Shown: positions 7,701 to 16,111, counted from the first letter of the stretch. The stretch: 37,821 bases of DNA from Thainema sp. (GCA_052168235.1 JBQLZK010000067.1:1-37821); one strand, 5' to 3'. The notes: generated by a model from the letters alone, not told the origin. Program-made: numbers and translations.

Positions 7701-9829
7701 GACCGCCTGTGGGGTGGGTTCCGGGTGTAGGTGTTCCGGGTGGCAGTGGCAGACCAAGTCCAACGTTCAGTGATCCACGAATCGAGCGGATCTTTACAAC
7801 CGCTAGAGATAAGTTTGCTAACGAGCAATGGGCGCAGGCTCAACCTCAGATTGATAGCTTGGAAGCGCAAAAACGGCAGAAGCAGAGAGAACTCGATCAG
7901 CTTTTAGCAGAAGCAATTGCTCAACAAAAGGCGAAGGTTAACGCCGCTCTCGACAATGTCAGAAATGATTTGACAGGAAGAATTTCTGGTATTGCTGATG
8001 GCATTAAGCACAACATCTATTGGGCTGCTGAGAATGGAATTAATGCAGTCAACTGGTTGGTACCTGGTTGGTTGCAGGACAAGCTCGACTGGTTAGGGCT
8101 AGGTGATGGAGTTCGCTCGGCTCAGGACACACTGCGTAATGCTATTCGGGGCGCGCGCGATTGGCTAAACTCACAGATTGATTGGGTTCGCAACCAGATC
8201 AATGGAGCCATCTCTCAATTTATTGAGATGGTTAAGAATGCCTATTTAACAGGAGCAGAGATTAATGCAGCAATTGACGGGGCTGCTAATTGGCTCAGAA
8301 GCAAGACCGATAGCCTGGTCAACTTCCTGAATGGCAAAATTGGTGAATTTAAAGGCTGGATCTTAGGCAAACTGGAGTGGACTAGAAACATCCGTACGCC
8401 GGATTGGGCAAGAAGGCTTGGTGTTCCCGACTGGAATCTGTATGACCATGCGATCGCAGGATTGGTTGATGGTGCTACTAGGGGCGTTCAAAGTGCAATC
8501 AGTGGCACGGGTAATCTCTTTAAGGGAGTACTGGATGTTGCTACGCCTCTAGCCCAAGGTGCTGTTGCGGTCATTGTTGACGCCATCTTTGGCGACCAAA
8601 CTGGCAGACTCTACAACGAAATCAATGGCATTAATCAGAAGATTTCATCTATTAAAGCAGGAGTACAGAAGGCAATCCAGGATCAGACTGCCTTTTACAA
8701 AAATCTATTGGACGGCTTCCTAAATGGTTTAGGGCAAGCCAAGGACTTTATTGTTGGCGCTTTGATGGGTGAGTTTAATAGTCAACCCTCGATCTGGCAA
8801 ACATTGTTAGATGCAGCCATCGGCATGATTCCTATTGTGGGAGAAATTGGCGACGTTCGTGATCTGATTGCATTCACAGCGAAGTTTATTAACGACCCCA
8901 ACGAAATGCAGGACTTCTGGAATTGGGTCGGTGTTGTCGGAGCTGGTATTGGTTTAGTTCCAGTAGTTGGGGGCGCAATTAAAGGGGTTACCAAGCTTGC
9001 CCGGAATGCTGATCTGATTACAGAGATTAGAAAGCTAGGCCCGACTATAGTTAATTCGGTAACTGATTTCGCACGGAAAACCGACTGGGCGGCACTTGGT
9101 AATAAGACTGCCGATTTTTGGGATAATATTCTCTCGACAGTGGAGAATATTACCAATGATCTTATAGAGGCTATGCAGAGATTTAAGAGTCTCATGCCTC
9201 AACTGAAGCTTTCTCCTCAGCCAGCTGGTGGAGTTTTACCTGATGAGGGCTTCTTTGCAAAGGTATTAGACGGAATTGATGAACTAAAAAGGATTAGTCG
9301 AGAGAAGATAGACGAAGCATTTGCGTTTGTTCAAGGTAAGTTTGACGAATTGGCCAGTAGTGGAGCTAAAGTCCTTTCTGGAAGTCCACCTTTCTCTCAG
9401 GACACTATTAGGCGATTTCTAGATGAAACAGAAAGTTTAGGAGAAGGTCATATATATGCAAGACATATTTCAACAGGAGATCTTGTAGCAGACCAGAAAA
9501 CACTTCAAACGCGTTTGGCTGATCGACAAAGAGGCTCATCTGAATACTATAAAGATGAGTTTTCGATGTTTTGGGACAAGCAATCTGCTACGCAAGTGAT
9601 TACACAAGCGATTAATTCTAAGTATTCAGAAATTGAAGCTTTGGTCAAGGCTAATCCTCAAAAGGCTGTGAAAAAAGAATTTTCTGTATCTGTTAATAGT
9701 TCTGATACTGCTTTTGGGATAAATTCCGTTGGCGAATATATTGAGTCTCAACTCACAGATATAAAGCTGGTAATAAAGACACGCGAAGATGGAAGTTGGT
9801 TTGTACTCACGGCTTATCCTATTATTTAG
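4703..9829 (+). CDS. Giant multidomain polymorphic toxin: DUF4114-like, zinc metallopeptidase, LysM-like, PPC, helical stalk, pre-toxin TG-like region, C-terminal RNase A-like (CdiA-CT type) domain
   Basis: MEDQRTDAGSDMDMDDIIF (DUF4114-like); HELLHALGF..HW..EIMT..SRVTLASLRDLGY (leishmanolysin/M8-like); IQPGNTIS..ISERNGFPDPNWIVAG (LysM-like); DYFRF..DADLYLYD..AGTYLARV (PPC); IGMIPIVGEIGD..GLVPVVGGAIKG (PT-TG-like); GHIYARH..WFVLTAYP (RNase A-like toxin). ATG 4703 preferred over TTG 4688. Confidence 0.8.
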   Translation: MSLTEANGSGIVSSPSGDLNFISDKSFTNLDPYLLNTTQIGGQQSSGSGESLLPFDSPEKLNPAADQLSILLSNPGYSELVNSEFTSQNIDLVDEADTPTDTLIGQDELTVGSVDTIEPLLSNVITYSPYVPGVFVAGDSGQVSIDFLFDGGGYSNGQVAIFSVEGMDTLVPGSTAFNQEAAYRARSNSELGHIVINDRKEGARFSGILNNNDPVDRNGGEYLGPKTFQMEPGSLFAVMLVPNGKVQDVLNNPAVEGAKKPLYSITDANPGDTTHLGQMLDVVGDGTTFTMEDQRTDAGSDMDMDDIIFKVSGAIGYAPLMSDSINPDNDWRYSPLGQEILAYVSTNDNPEKLIPDEPVRDPILPAPQIPISITDQGSNTLTEPTPTVKSPTQDIIDQVSSSDATDTYRVNVDELTDTQFTVLTGTTKVSILNSSGTLLSSQTLTKGSHSLLLPAGVTNDALIQVDQVGDATATYVLSGLESQAEEPFNIDLELDEGLTASQQAVINAAAQSIEGLIRQGLPSAIVDGKIIDDLNVKFNLGTLDGAGGTLAQTKIDFMRYGILLPAQSIVQFDQDDFADLEQSGELFNVVQHELLHALGFGNLWEAKGLVDYAKTPFAQYNGQYALAAFKEAGGATNFISLDTEGEGSADLHWNENLFQDEIMTRDLNAQGGDAVISRVTLASLRDLGYVVDAEGVPSDLSLSPEDIPQDFVTGFTEEEKFSLAQLVADAETQVSNGIPAVVPTVDANEIAPTIWANAERFDKNGEYYDWEWVIIQPGNTISQYVYDRMTDHTGSDNRTRLQKASDPAYWAFISERNGFPDPNWIVAGDPAWLPVWHPNYEQEQEEERRRREEELRQREEEERQQREKLEEAYRQSGQGGLEWYVAKPLPDFSTSAPYTTEIQDIVGNLVPDDYFRFTLSRNGRVTLYLEDLLADADLYLYDSRNRLIGKSARGGLTDEKLILDLAAGTYLARVNSPGGVTTDYKLKVQFQGQLTRSQMGPPVGWVPGVGVPGGSGRPSPTFSDPRIERIFTTARDKFANEQWAQAQPQIDSLEAQKRQKQRELDQLLAEAIAQQKAKVNAALDNVRNDLTGRISGIADGIKHNIYWAAENGINAVNWLVPGWLQDKLDWLGLGDGVRSAQDTLRNAIRGARDWLNSQIDWVRNQINGAISQFIEMVKNAYLTGAEINAAIDGAANWLRSKTDSLVNFLNGKIGEFKGWILGKLEWTRNIRTPDWARRLGVPDWNLYDHAIAGLVDGATRGVQSAISGTGNLFKGVLDVATPLAQGAVAVIVDAIFGDQTGRLYNEINGINQKISSIKAGVQKAIQDQTAFYKNLLDGFLNGLGQAKDFIVGALMGEFNSQPSIWQTLLDAAIGMIPIVGEIGDVRDLIAFTAKFINDPNEMQDFWNWVGVVGAGIGLVPVVGGAIKGVTKLARNADLITEIRKLGPTIVNSVTDFARKTDWAALGNKTADFWDNILSTVENITNDLIEAMQRFKSLMPQLKLSPQPAGGVLPDEGFFAKVLDGIDELKRISREKIDEAFAFVQGKFDELASSGAKVLSGSPPFSQDTIRRFLDETESLGEGHIYARHISTGDLVADQKTLQTRLADRQRGSSEYYKDEFSMFWDKQSATQVITQAINSKYSEIEALVKANPQKAVKKEFSVSVNSSDTAFGINSVGEYIESQLTDIKLVIKTREDGSWFVLTAYPII

Positions 9830-9841
9830 ACTTAGAAAAGC

Positions 9842-9897
9842 AGCATATATAGCGTTGGCCATGTGGAAATTGACATTTGGCCAATGCTATATATGCT
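9842..9897 (+). terminator. Long hairpin 3' of the toxin gene (terminator or stabilising stem; could also be an operator)
   Basis: 20-nt arms AGCATATATAGCGTTGGCCA / TGGCCAATGCTATATATGCT. The single mismatch is a G-U wobble on the + strand. Confidence 0.6.
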
Positions 9898-10177
9898 CTC
9901 CTTTCACCCAAACTTACCTGTCAATAAAATCTAATAACTAAAAACCGACTTTTGCTATCGAAAAGACTAACACTCCGGGCAGTTTTTGAAAGTCAACGAG
10001 AAAATGCGGATTGTAGCACTCTTTTGTGGCTATCAAGCGAACAATAAATTCAAGGTTTCAGTGCTTGCCCATAAAATTGACCAGACTATTGAAAGACGTA
10101 TTTATCTGAATAAATACGACTAATGGGAAAAATAGCTGTAGTCCCCCTTTTCGATTTGTGATGTATTTGATAAAGCT

Positions 10178-11350
10178 ATGAGTAAAAAGGTCACAGCTCA
10201 CCTGTATGGAGAATTTCTTGCTTTCAACCGACTCATATTGCTCATAGCAACCCTTGCTCGATTTCCTGGAGTTGGTTGTCTGCATTCTGATGCTTCCATT
10301 CAAGAGAAACAGTCTGCACTAAGAGAAGTTCAGGAATATATGCAGCAAGTGGCTATGAGCCAAGGCATAACTTTACCTGAATACTCCATTCACACGCTGC
10401 GAAAAGATCTGGAGTGCTTAAAGCGCTACGGTATTTTGGAAAAGCGGCGCTATCGATGGGGTTACTATCTAGGCATTGGGGTCATGAATCGCCAGGAGTT
10501 GCAGGTTGCCCTCAACGTATTGGAATCCAAAGCGAAGTATCAACGCGATCCTACCGCGAGTCAGGTTTACCAGTCCGTGACACGCAGAATGGGGGGAGCC
10601 AAGCATCAGTCAGAACTGCTCTACCCTGTGCGAGCGCAGCTGAACAAGTCTATCGTTCACACTGACCCTGATGACCTAATAACGAAGGCGCACTATCGTC
10701 AAACCCTTTTCCATGAAATAGAAACGGTTGAACGTTGCATTCTACAGGGGACAGCACTTCAACTTTGCCGCACCCGTGATCCCTATGGGTCAATGGGGAA
10801 AGGCAGCAAGTTAGTTTATCCACTACAAATTGTTCACTACAACAATGCTTGGTACTTGCTCTACGAGCACTGTGATGATGGTTACCTAGCGATTGAAAGA
10901 TTCGACCGCTTTGATGATAACTGCCAAGTCATTACATCCAATACGCGTAGCATAGCTGATCAAAGAAAAAGTTTAGAAGAAGCTCACAACCTCTTACAAG
11001 CAGGTTGGGGGGTATATCTGGGGCAACCGGCAGAACAAAAACTAGAACGTGATGGTAAACTCGATTTTTTTGAAGTAAAAGCTCGTTTTTTTGGTAATGC
11101 TATACCGTTTATTCTGGAAGGAGATCGCCGTCATCCTACTCAAGAAATTATAGAGGGTCCATATATAGGCAACGGCAATTATGAATATGTTGACTACATT
11201 GTTAGCCTGCCTCCACGAGCTTTCACTGAATTTAGCTACTGGATTTACAAATACATCGGCAAGGTTAAGGTGCTATCTCCACTTGGGCTTGTCAAACAAC
11301 ACCATGATTTACTGCAGCAGGCTCTCAAAATCTACTCATCTGATTTATAG
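10178..11350 (+). CDS. WYL-domain transcriptional regulator (N-terminal wHTH, WYL, WCX)
   Basis: HTLRKDLECLKRYG (wHTH), VYPLQIVHYNNAWYLLY (WYL), ERFDRF, WIYKYIGKVKVLSP (WCX). Confidence 0.9.
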   Translation: MSKKVTAHLYGEFLAFNRLILLIATLARFPGVGCLHSDASIQEKQSALREVQEYMQQVAMSQGITLPEYSIHTLRKDLECLKRYGILEKRRYRWGYYLGIGVMNRQELQVALNVLESKAKYQRDPTASQVYQSVTRRMGGAKHQSELLYPVRAQLNKSIVHTDPDDLITKAHYRQTLFHEIETVERCILQGTALQLCRTRDPYGSMGKGSKLVYPLQIVHYNNAWYLLYEHCDDGYLAIERFDRFDDNCQVITSNTRSIADQRKSLEEAHNLLQAGWGVYLGQPAEQKLERDGKLDFFEVKARFFGNAIPFILEGDRRHPTQEIIEGPYIGNGNYEYVDYIVSLPPRAFTEFSYWIYKYIGKVKVLSPLGLVKQHHDLLQQALKIYSSDL

Positions 11351-11470
11351 CACCTGAAGTATTTCGTTTGCGTTGTCCTATGTAATAAATCTCGTAGGGT
11401 TCTCAAATTCCTGTCTTCATCGTAAGCAGAAAGCATTGGCCTCACAAAACCTAAATCATTTATATGACTT

Positions 11471-11517
11471 TTAGCTCAGATTTTGGCTCAGGATTTGGAT
11501 CACATATGTTGAGCCAA
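11471..11517. promoter_or_regulatory. TGAGCYAA-type operator array 2 (opposite orientation to array 1)
   Basis: TTAGCTCA(11471), TTGGCTCA(11483) and TTGGATCA(11495) at 12-bp period, then N7-TGAGCCAA(11510). Confidence 0.62.
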
Positions 11518-11599
11518 TTCTTTTCTATATATAAGAGAGAATTTTAGTCATAAGCCTCACAATACGTTTGAGGCATTAATCTCATAGCTTGCTAGTAAA

Positions 11600-11741
11600 T
11601 CTCGCGGGGCGCTCAGATTCCTATCCCCGCCGTGAGCGGACGGGACATTACGGAATTTTCCCTTCGGGACGTACTCCTGCGTTACCACTAATATGGCAAG
11701 CCACGGGGAATTAGATCCACAGAGGTTAAATCTAGGGAATC
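11600..11741. other. GC-rich palindromic patch; possibly IS200/IS605-end-derived remnant or structured RNA
   Basis: Several short stems in an AT-rich context (CCCGCCGTGAGCGGACGGG, CCCTTCGGG, TTACCA-N6-TGGCAA, GCAAGCCACGGGG). Resemblance to IS605-family subterminal hairpins is from memory only. Confidence 0.35.
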
Positions 11742-11759
11742 AGTATAAAGTCGGTCTTC

Positions 11760-13172
11760 TTGTGTGAGGAAACGCACATGGTGGGAACTCTTATAGAAAA
11801 GAGTGCAATCTGCCGAAATATGACTCATCAAGAAATACTGCCTAACAGACTCAGGTTATCTGAAGCTGGCCGAAAGCAAATTGATTCAGTATTAAAGAGA
11901 TTAGGCTGGGGAAAACAATCTCCAGCTTGGGCTGCACAGGCAAATGTATCAATATCAACTTTGAAGCGCTTTAGATCTAGACAGTATTTGAAGCTTGAAG
12001 TCTTCCAAAGTATTTGTGATCCACTAGGGCTCTCTTGGAAAGATCTTGCTGAATTAACTACAACAGGTGAAGCAGAGGATTCAGACACTATTTGGGTTGG
12101 CAGACGTGAGATAGTTGATCAGCTTGCTAAAGACATTAAGCAATGTCGGCTGTTGATTGTAACAGGCATTACTGGAATTGGAAAAACTGCCTTAGTAGAT
12201 TATGTGACTAGACCAATCAGGTCTGAATACTCATATATTATAACTTTAAATTTTGAATCTGAACCTTACTTACAATTTGCCGACGCAGCACTGGATATAT
12301 TAAGGAAAATGTCTCAGTTAGAGACAGAAGAAGAGCAAAATCAACCAGAGAAACTGTTAGGTCGATGTATACAGCTATTAGCAGATAATAAGTGTCTAAT
12401 TATTATTGACTCACTAGAGCAAATACTAGAAGGAGATGAGATCACAGGATGGAGCAACTTTTATGATCCTCTCTGGGAAAGTTTTTTTCATCGATTGCTT
12501 GGCAAGGATATCTGTCATAGTAGAGTTATCATTACGACTCAAGACTTACCTCAAGCAGTATGGATATATGGTCAAAGGTATGATAGTAGATTTTCTCATA
12601 TTCCATTGAAAGGTTTGAGTACTAGTGAGCAAGTACTCTTTTTTCAAAAGCATGGATTTGAATTTAGATCCAATAGCTTAGAGCATCAATACTTCGTTCG
12701 TATTGGAGCTGTGTATGAAGGTCATCCTCTAGCACTTCGGGTAGTTTCTGGTGATATTTGGATGAACTTTGATGGTGAAGTTTCAGCTTATTGGCAGCAA
12801 TACCACGAGAAAATTGAAGCTGTCGAAAGGCAGCATGAAGAGCTAGAGATAGATCGATATTCGCGTAATCTTCATATGCTAGTAAGATTACGCATTGATG
12901 AATCCTTATCTCGTCTCAGCCGCGATATTCATGACGCATATTTTCTTGCTTGCTTAGTGTCTGTATATCGAGAACCCTTCACCAATGAATTTCTATTCAA
13001 ATCAATAGAAGAGTTTGGATTTTCGTATGAAAAATACGAAAAATGTTTAAACACTTTACTTGATAGATCTCTTTTAGAAATTACACATGATTGCTATATA
13101 AGGCAGCACAATTTAATTCGTAGTGTAGCTAAGGATCATTTAGAAAATTCTGAAATAGAGGAATTTGACTGA
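11760..13172 (+). CDS. HTH-NB-ARC (STAND) ATPase without a fused sensor domain; true start may be ATG 11778 or 11820
   Basis: Xre-like HTH WAAQANVSISTLKRF..ICDPLGLSW; Walker A GITGIGKT; Walker B LIIIDSLE; GHPLAL (GxP); QHNLIR (MHD-like). Confidence 0.88.
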   Translation: MCEETHMVGTLIEKSAICRNMTHQEILPNRLRLSEAGRKQIDSVLKRLGWGKQSPAWAAQANVSISTLKRFRSRQYLKLEVFQSICDPLGLSWKDLAELTTTGEAEDSDTIWVGRREIVDQLAKDIKQCRLLIVTGITGIGKTALVDYVTRPIRSEYSYIITLNFESEPYLQFADAALDILRKMSQLETEEEQNQPEKLLGRCIQLLADNKCLIIIDSLEQILEGDEITGWSNFYDPLWESFFHRLLGKDICHSRVIITTQDLPQAVWIYGQRYDSRFSHIPLKGLSTSEQVLFFQKHGFEFRSNSLEHQYFVRIGAVYEGHPLALRVVSGDIWMNFDGEVSAYWQQYHEKIEAVERQHEELEIDRYSRNLHMLVRLRIDESLSRLSRDIHDAYFLACLVSVYREPFTNEFLFKSIEEFGFSYEKYEKCLNTLLDRSLLEITHDCYIRQHNLIRSVAKDHLENSEIEEFD

Positions 13173-13174
13173 AT

Positions 13175-14602
13175 ATGGTTAAACATAAGGATAATGAAAC
13201 AGAATCTATTGATTTAATTTTAATTAACTTTATACCAGAAAATTTAAAACACTTAGTTCAGAACTTCAGTCTAGATTTAGGCAAGAAAAGTAGGTATAAA
13301 GTATGCCACTGGGTGGCATTGAAAAGCCATATCAAAGAAATTAATTTTGAGATTTTTAGATATCAAGAAATAAAGAATTTAAATCATATATTTGAAGCAT
13401 GCTATCATGCACGCGCTTTACACAATTGGGATCTTGTACATATATTAATGTGTTTGCCTATCGGGAAGAACAAAACTGAATTTCATCAGCGAATTGGAGA
13501 ACAAGGTGAATATTTTAAGCAAATTGAATTATACAAGACAGCATATAATCAAATTAACACAGATTTTGACTTGATTTGCTTAGATGGTTTAGGTCAGGCT
13601 TATCGTATATCAGGTAACTATGACGAAGCTCTAAAATGTCACAAGAAACAATTAAAGCTTGCTCAAGAAATAGCGGATATAAATCATAAAATGCTCGCTC
13701 ATAGAGGTTTAGGAAAAATCCATTATGATCAACATGCTTATAGACTTTCGCTTGATCACTTTAAAAAGCAGTACAGTTATAGCCAAATATGCAGTGATGT
13801 AGAGCAACAAATAGATGCTTTGTGTAGGATCGGACGAGCTTACATAAACATAAATAGAAATAATCGAGGAATAAAACATATAAGAACTGCTCTAAAATTA
13901 GCAGTTACTTTAGATAGCAAAAGCATTGAAAGCATTGTTTTATCAGAGCTGGCATATGGATATTTTTGGGGAGGCAATCCGGATACAGCAATTGAATATA
14001 CTAAAAATTTAATTAATTATTTATCTCTAGAAGACAATCCTAAAAGCTATTTTAATACTATTCGAAATTTAGGACAAATTTATATCTACAAAAATGATGT
14101 AAATAAAGCAAATTTTTATTTAAATAAAGCATTGGATATTAGCCAAAATCTAAATGATAGATATATGAGATTTATGATTCTCATGGATTTAGCTTTGCTA
14201 CATAACCAGTGCCAACATAGAAGCGATCTGTCAATTCTTTTTGCAGAAGAAGCACTTCTAATTTCTTATCAATTTGGTCTTACAGTATGTATTGCACACT
14301 GCCATTCTTACTTAAGTATCTTTCATGCTGATTTAGGTCAAATAAAACAGGCTCATGAGCATATTCAAAAAGCCACATATTTATATAAAAATAGCTCAGA
14401 GCTAGCTAATCCAGAAGAGCGTTTAATATTACAAGCTTGCTTAGGCAAATTTTATTGGATCAGTGGGCAAAAATTTAAAGGAGTATTAGCTGTGATTTAT
14501 GGACTAATAGTATGTCCCCCATGGAAATATTTGAATAGTCGATGGATTTTACGTGAAATGCTGATAACTGTTGTTCCTTTATTTAATCAGGCAAAAAAAT
14601 AA
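13175..14602 (+). CDS. Tetratricopeptide repeat protein
   Basis: Repeated TPR units such as LDGLGQAYRISGNYDEALKCHKKQLKLAQE and IRNLGQIYIYKNDVNKANFYLNKALDI. Starts 2 nt after the NB-ARC stop. Confidence 0.88.
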   Translation: MVKHKDNETESIDLILINFIPENLKHLVQNFSLDLGKKSRYKVCHWVALKSHIKEINFEIFRYQEIKNLNHIFEACYHARALHNWDLVHILMCLPIGKNKTEFHQRIGEQGEYFKQIELYKTAYNQINTDFDLICLDGLGQAYRISGNYDEALKCHKKQLKLAQEIADINHKMLAHRGLGKIHYDQHAYRLSLDHFKKQYSYSQICSDVEQQIDALCRIGRAYININRNNRGIKHIRTALKLAVTLDSKSIESIVLSELAYGYFWGGNPDTAIEYTKNLINYLSLEDNPKSYFNTIRNLGQIYIYKNDVNKANFYLNKALDISQNLNDRYMRFMILMDLALLHNQCQHRSDLSILFAEEALLISYQFGLTVCIAHCHSYLSIFHADLGQIKQAHEHIQKATYLYKNSSELANPEERLILQACLGKFYWISGQKFKGVLAVIYGLIVCPPWKYLNSRWILREMLITVVPLFNQAKK

Positions 14603-14625
14603 ACCTAACTACGAAGTCTATCATC

Positions 14626-16070
14626 ATGAGACGATCAGTGTTTTTGATGGCTATACTGTATTTTGTGCAAGCAGCTTCTATTGCACCTGGTTTAGCACAT
14701 CTTCCTGTAGCTAAATTTCTTGAGGGAGAACTAAATTTTGATGCTATCCAGCTGTCATGGTTTCAGGAAGTTATCCTTATACCTTGGTTTTTCAAGCCTA
14801 TTTGGGGAATTTTAGCTGATACTGTCCCATTAATGGGATATTTTATCAAGCCATATTTTTTTATTTGCTATGGCTTGATTTTGAGCAGTTTTTTAACTTT
14901 AAGCCAGCTAAATTTTTATACAGTCAATGTCTTACTGGCAGCGAGCTTAATTATTTCAACAAGCATTTCTTTTACAGATGTTTTAACAGATCGCTTGATG
15001 ATCGTTCAAGGAAAACGATTAAACGCGATAAGCTTACTGCAAGCTACTCAGTGGATTGGGTTAGGATTTAGTGCTATGGGAGTATATGTTTGGGGAGGAT
15101 GGCTAGCAGATAACGCTTCTCTTTCAACAGCTTTTCTTCTCAGTACTGTTATTCCTTGCATTGGTATCATAGTTATTTCTAAATTTATAGATGAGCCTCT
15201 TAAGCAAGAGCGAATTTTGCTAAAACAACACTTGAAAAACTTGAAAGAATTTATATTATCCAATCAAGTTTTATCAATTTTCATTTTGGTCATATGTATT
15301 GGAATTACTCCAAAAACTCCTATTTGGACTAGCGGGGGCATTTGAGCAGAAACCTACGGTTTCGTCTGAAACTCTTTCAGGACAGGGATTTCAAAGCTAG
15401 CTGCTTCTCCTGAATATTTGCTGGCTCATGCAACTACTCTTCTGGCTTTAGGGCGTTTCACCATCCATACTCAACGAAAAACCAAGGGGTTCAGAGTATA
15501 ACTAGTAAGCGATATAGTCCAATCGTAGTCCAAAATTTCATAACTGTAGGTTTCTGTTCAAATGCCCCCGCTAGTCCTATTTATTTTCATAGCAAAGAAT
15601 TATCTTTTTCTGATGAAACTATTGGATATTTGAAAGCAGTTGAATTTTTAGGTGTTGGTATAGGGTCTGCTCTTTATCTATGCTTCAGACGATGTTTAAA
15701 TACAAAAAATACGTTGATAAATATTGTTTTGTTTAGTACGCTTAATCCGTTAAGCTTTATCATCTTAGATAGTTCGAATTTGGGCTACTCGTTTGCTTCA
15801 TTCTTTATATCTGGAATTACTCAAATTATTGTATTTTTGGGAATTTCAAACCTTTTTGCTGAAGCAAATTTAAACGGCATTGAAGGTACGGCATATGCTT
15901 TATTTGTATCAGTTCTAAATTTTGTGTTTAGCGTAGGATTTATATTAGGCAGCTATTTATATGATCAAGGCACACATTTTAATTTTTTAGTAGAAATATC
16001 TTCTATATCTACTCTATTGTTTGGTATTCTTGCCTTGATTTTAAGACCTTTAGATTCTTTCGAAGCCTAA
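14626..16070 (+). pseudogene. MFS transporter (BT1 folate/biopterin-like), interrupted by a MITE
   Basis: IPWFFKPIWGILAD, FTDVLTDRLMI and GIEGTAYALF motifs. Removing 15326-15582 joins the two track ORFs in frame (..KTPIYFHSKELSFSDETIGYLKAV..), giving 395 aa. Confidence 0.88.
15326..15577. mobile_element. 252-bp non-autonomous element (MITE) with 32-bp TIRs and 5-bp target-site duplication
   Basis: TIR GGACTAGCGGGGGCATTTGA(G/A)CAGAAACCTAC at 15326-15357 and 15546-15577 (1 mismatch). TATTT duplicated at 15321-15325 and 15578-15582. Confidence 0.95.
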
Positions 16071-16079
16071 AAAATTATT

Positions 16080-16111
16080 TGAGCTAAGTATTGAGCTAAA
16101 TATTGAGCCTA
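16080..16111 (+). promoter_or_regulatory. TGAGCYAA-type operator array 3, upstream of the nfeD-like gene
   Basis: TGAGCTAA(16080), TGAGCTAA(16092) and TGAGCCTA(16104) at 12-bp period, followed by -10-like TAATAT/TAAACT. Confidence 0.65.

Noticed and set aside
5009..9862. Minus-strand ORFs within the toxin gene as hidden immunity genes
   Set aside because: They overlap a conserved-domain gene, lack RBSs and show no immunity-family features.
11600..11741. Self-cleaving ribozyme (HDV-like or hammerhead)
   Set aside because: I could not place the HDV nested double pseudoknot or the hammerhead CUGANGA/GAAA core.
11471..16111. Inverted TGAGCYAA arrays as Tn7-like transposon ends
   Set aside because: No TGT...ACA termini or target duplication, the units are only 8 bp, a third array lies at 4222, and there is no transposase; an operator role fits better.
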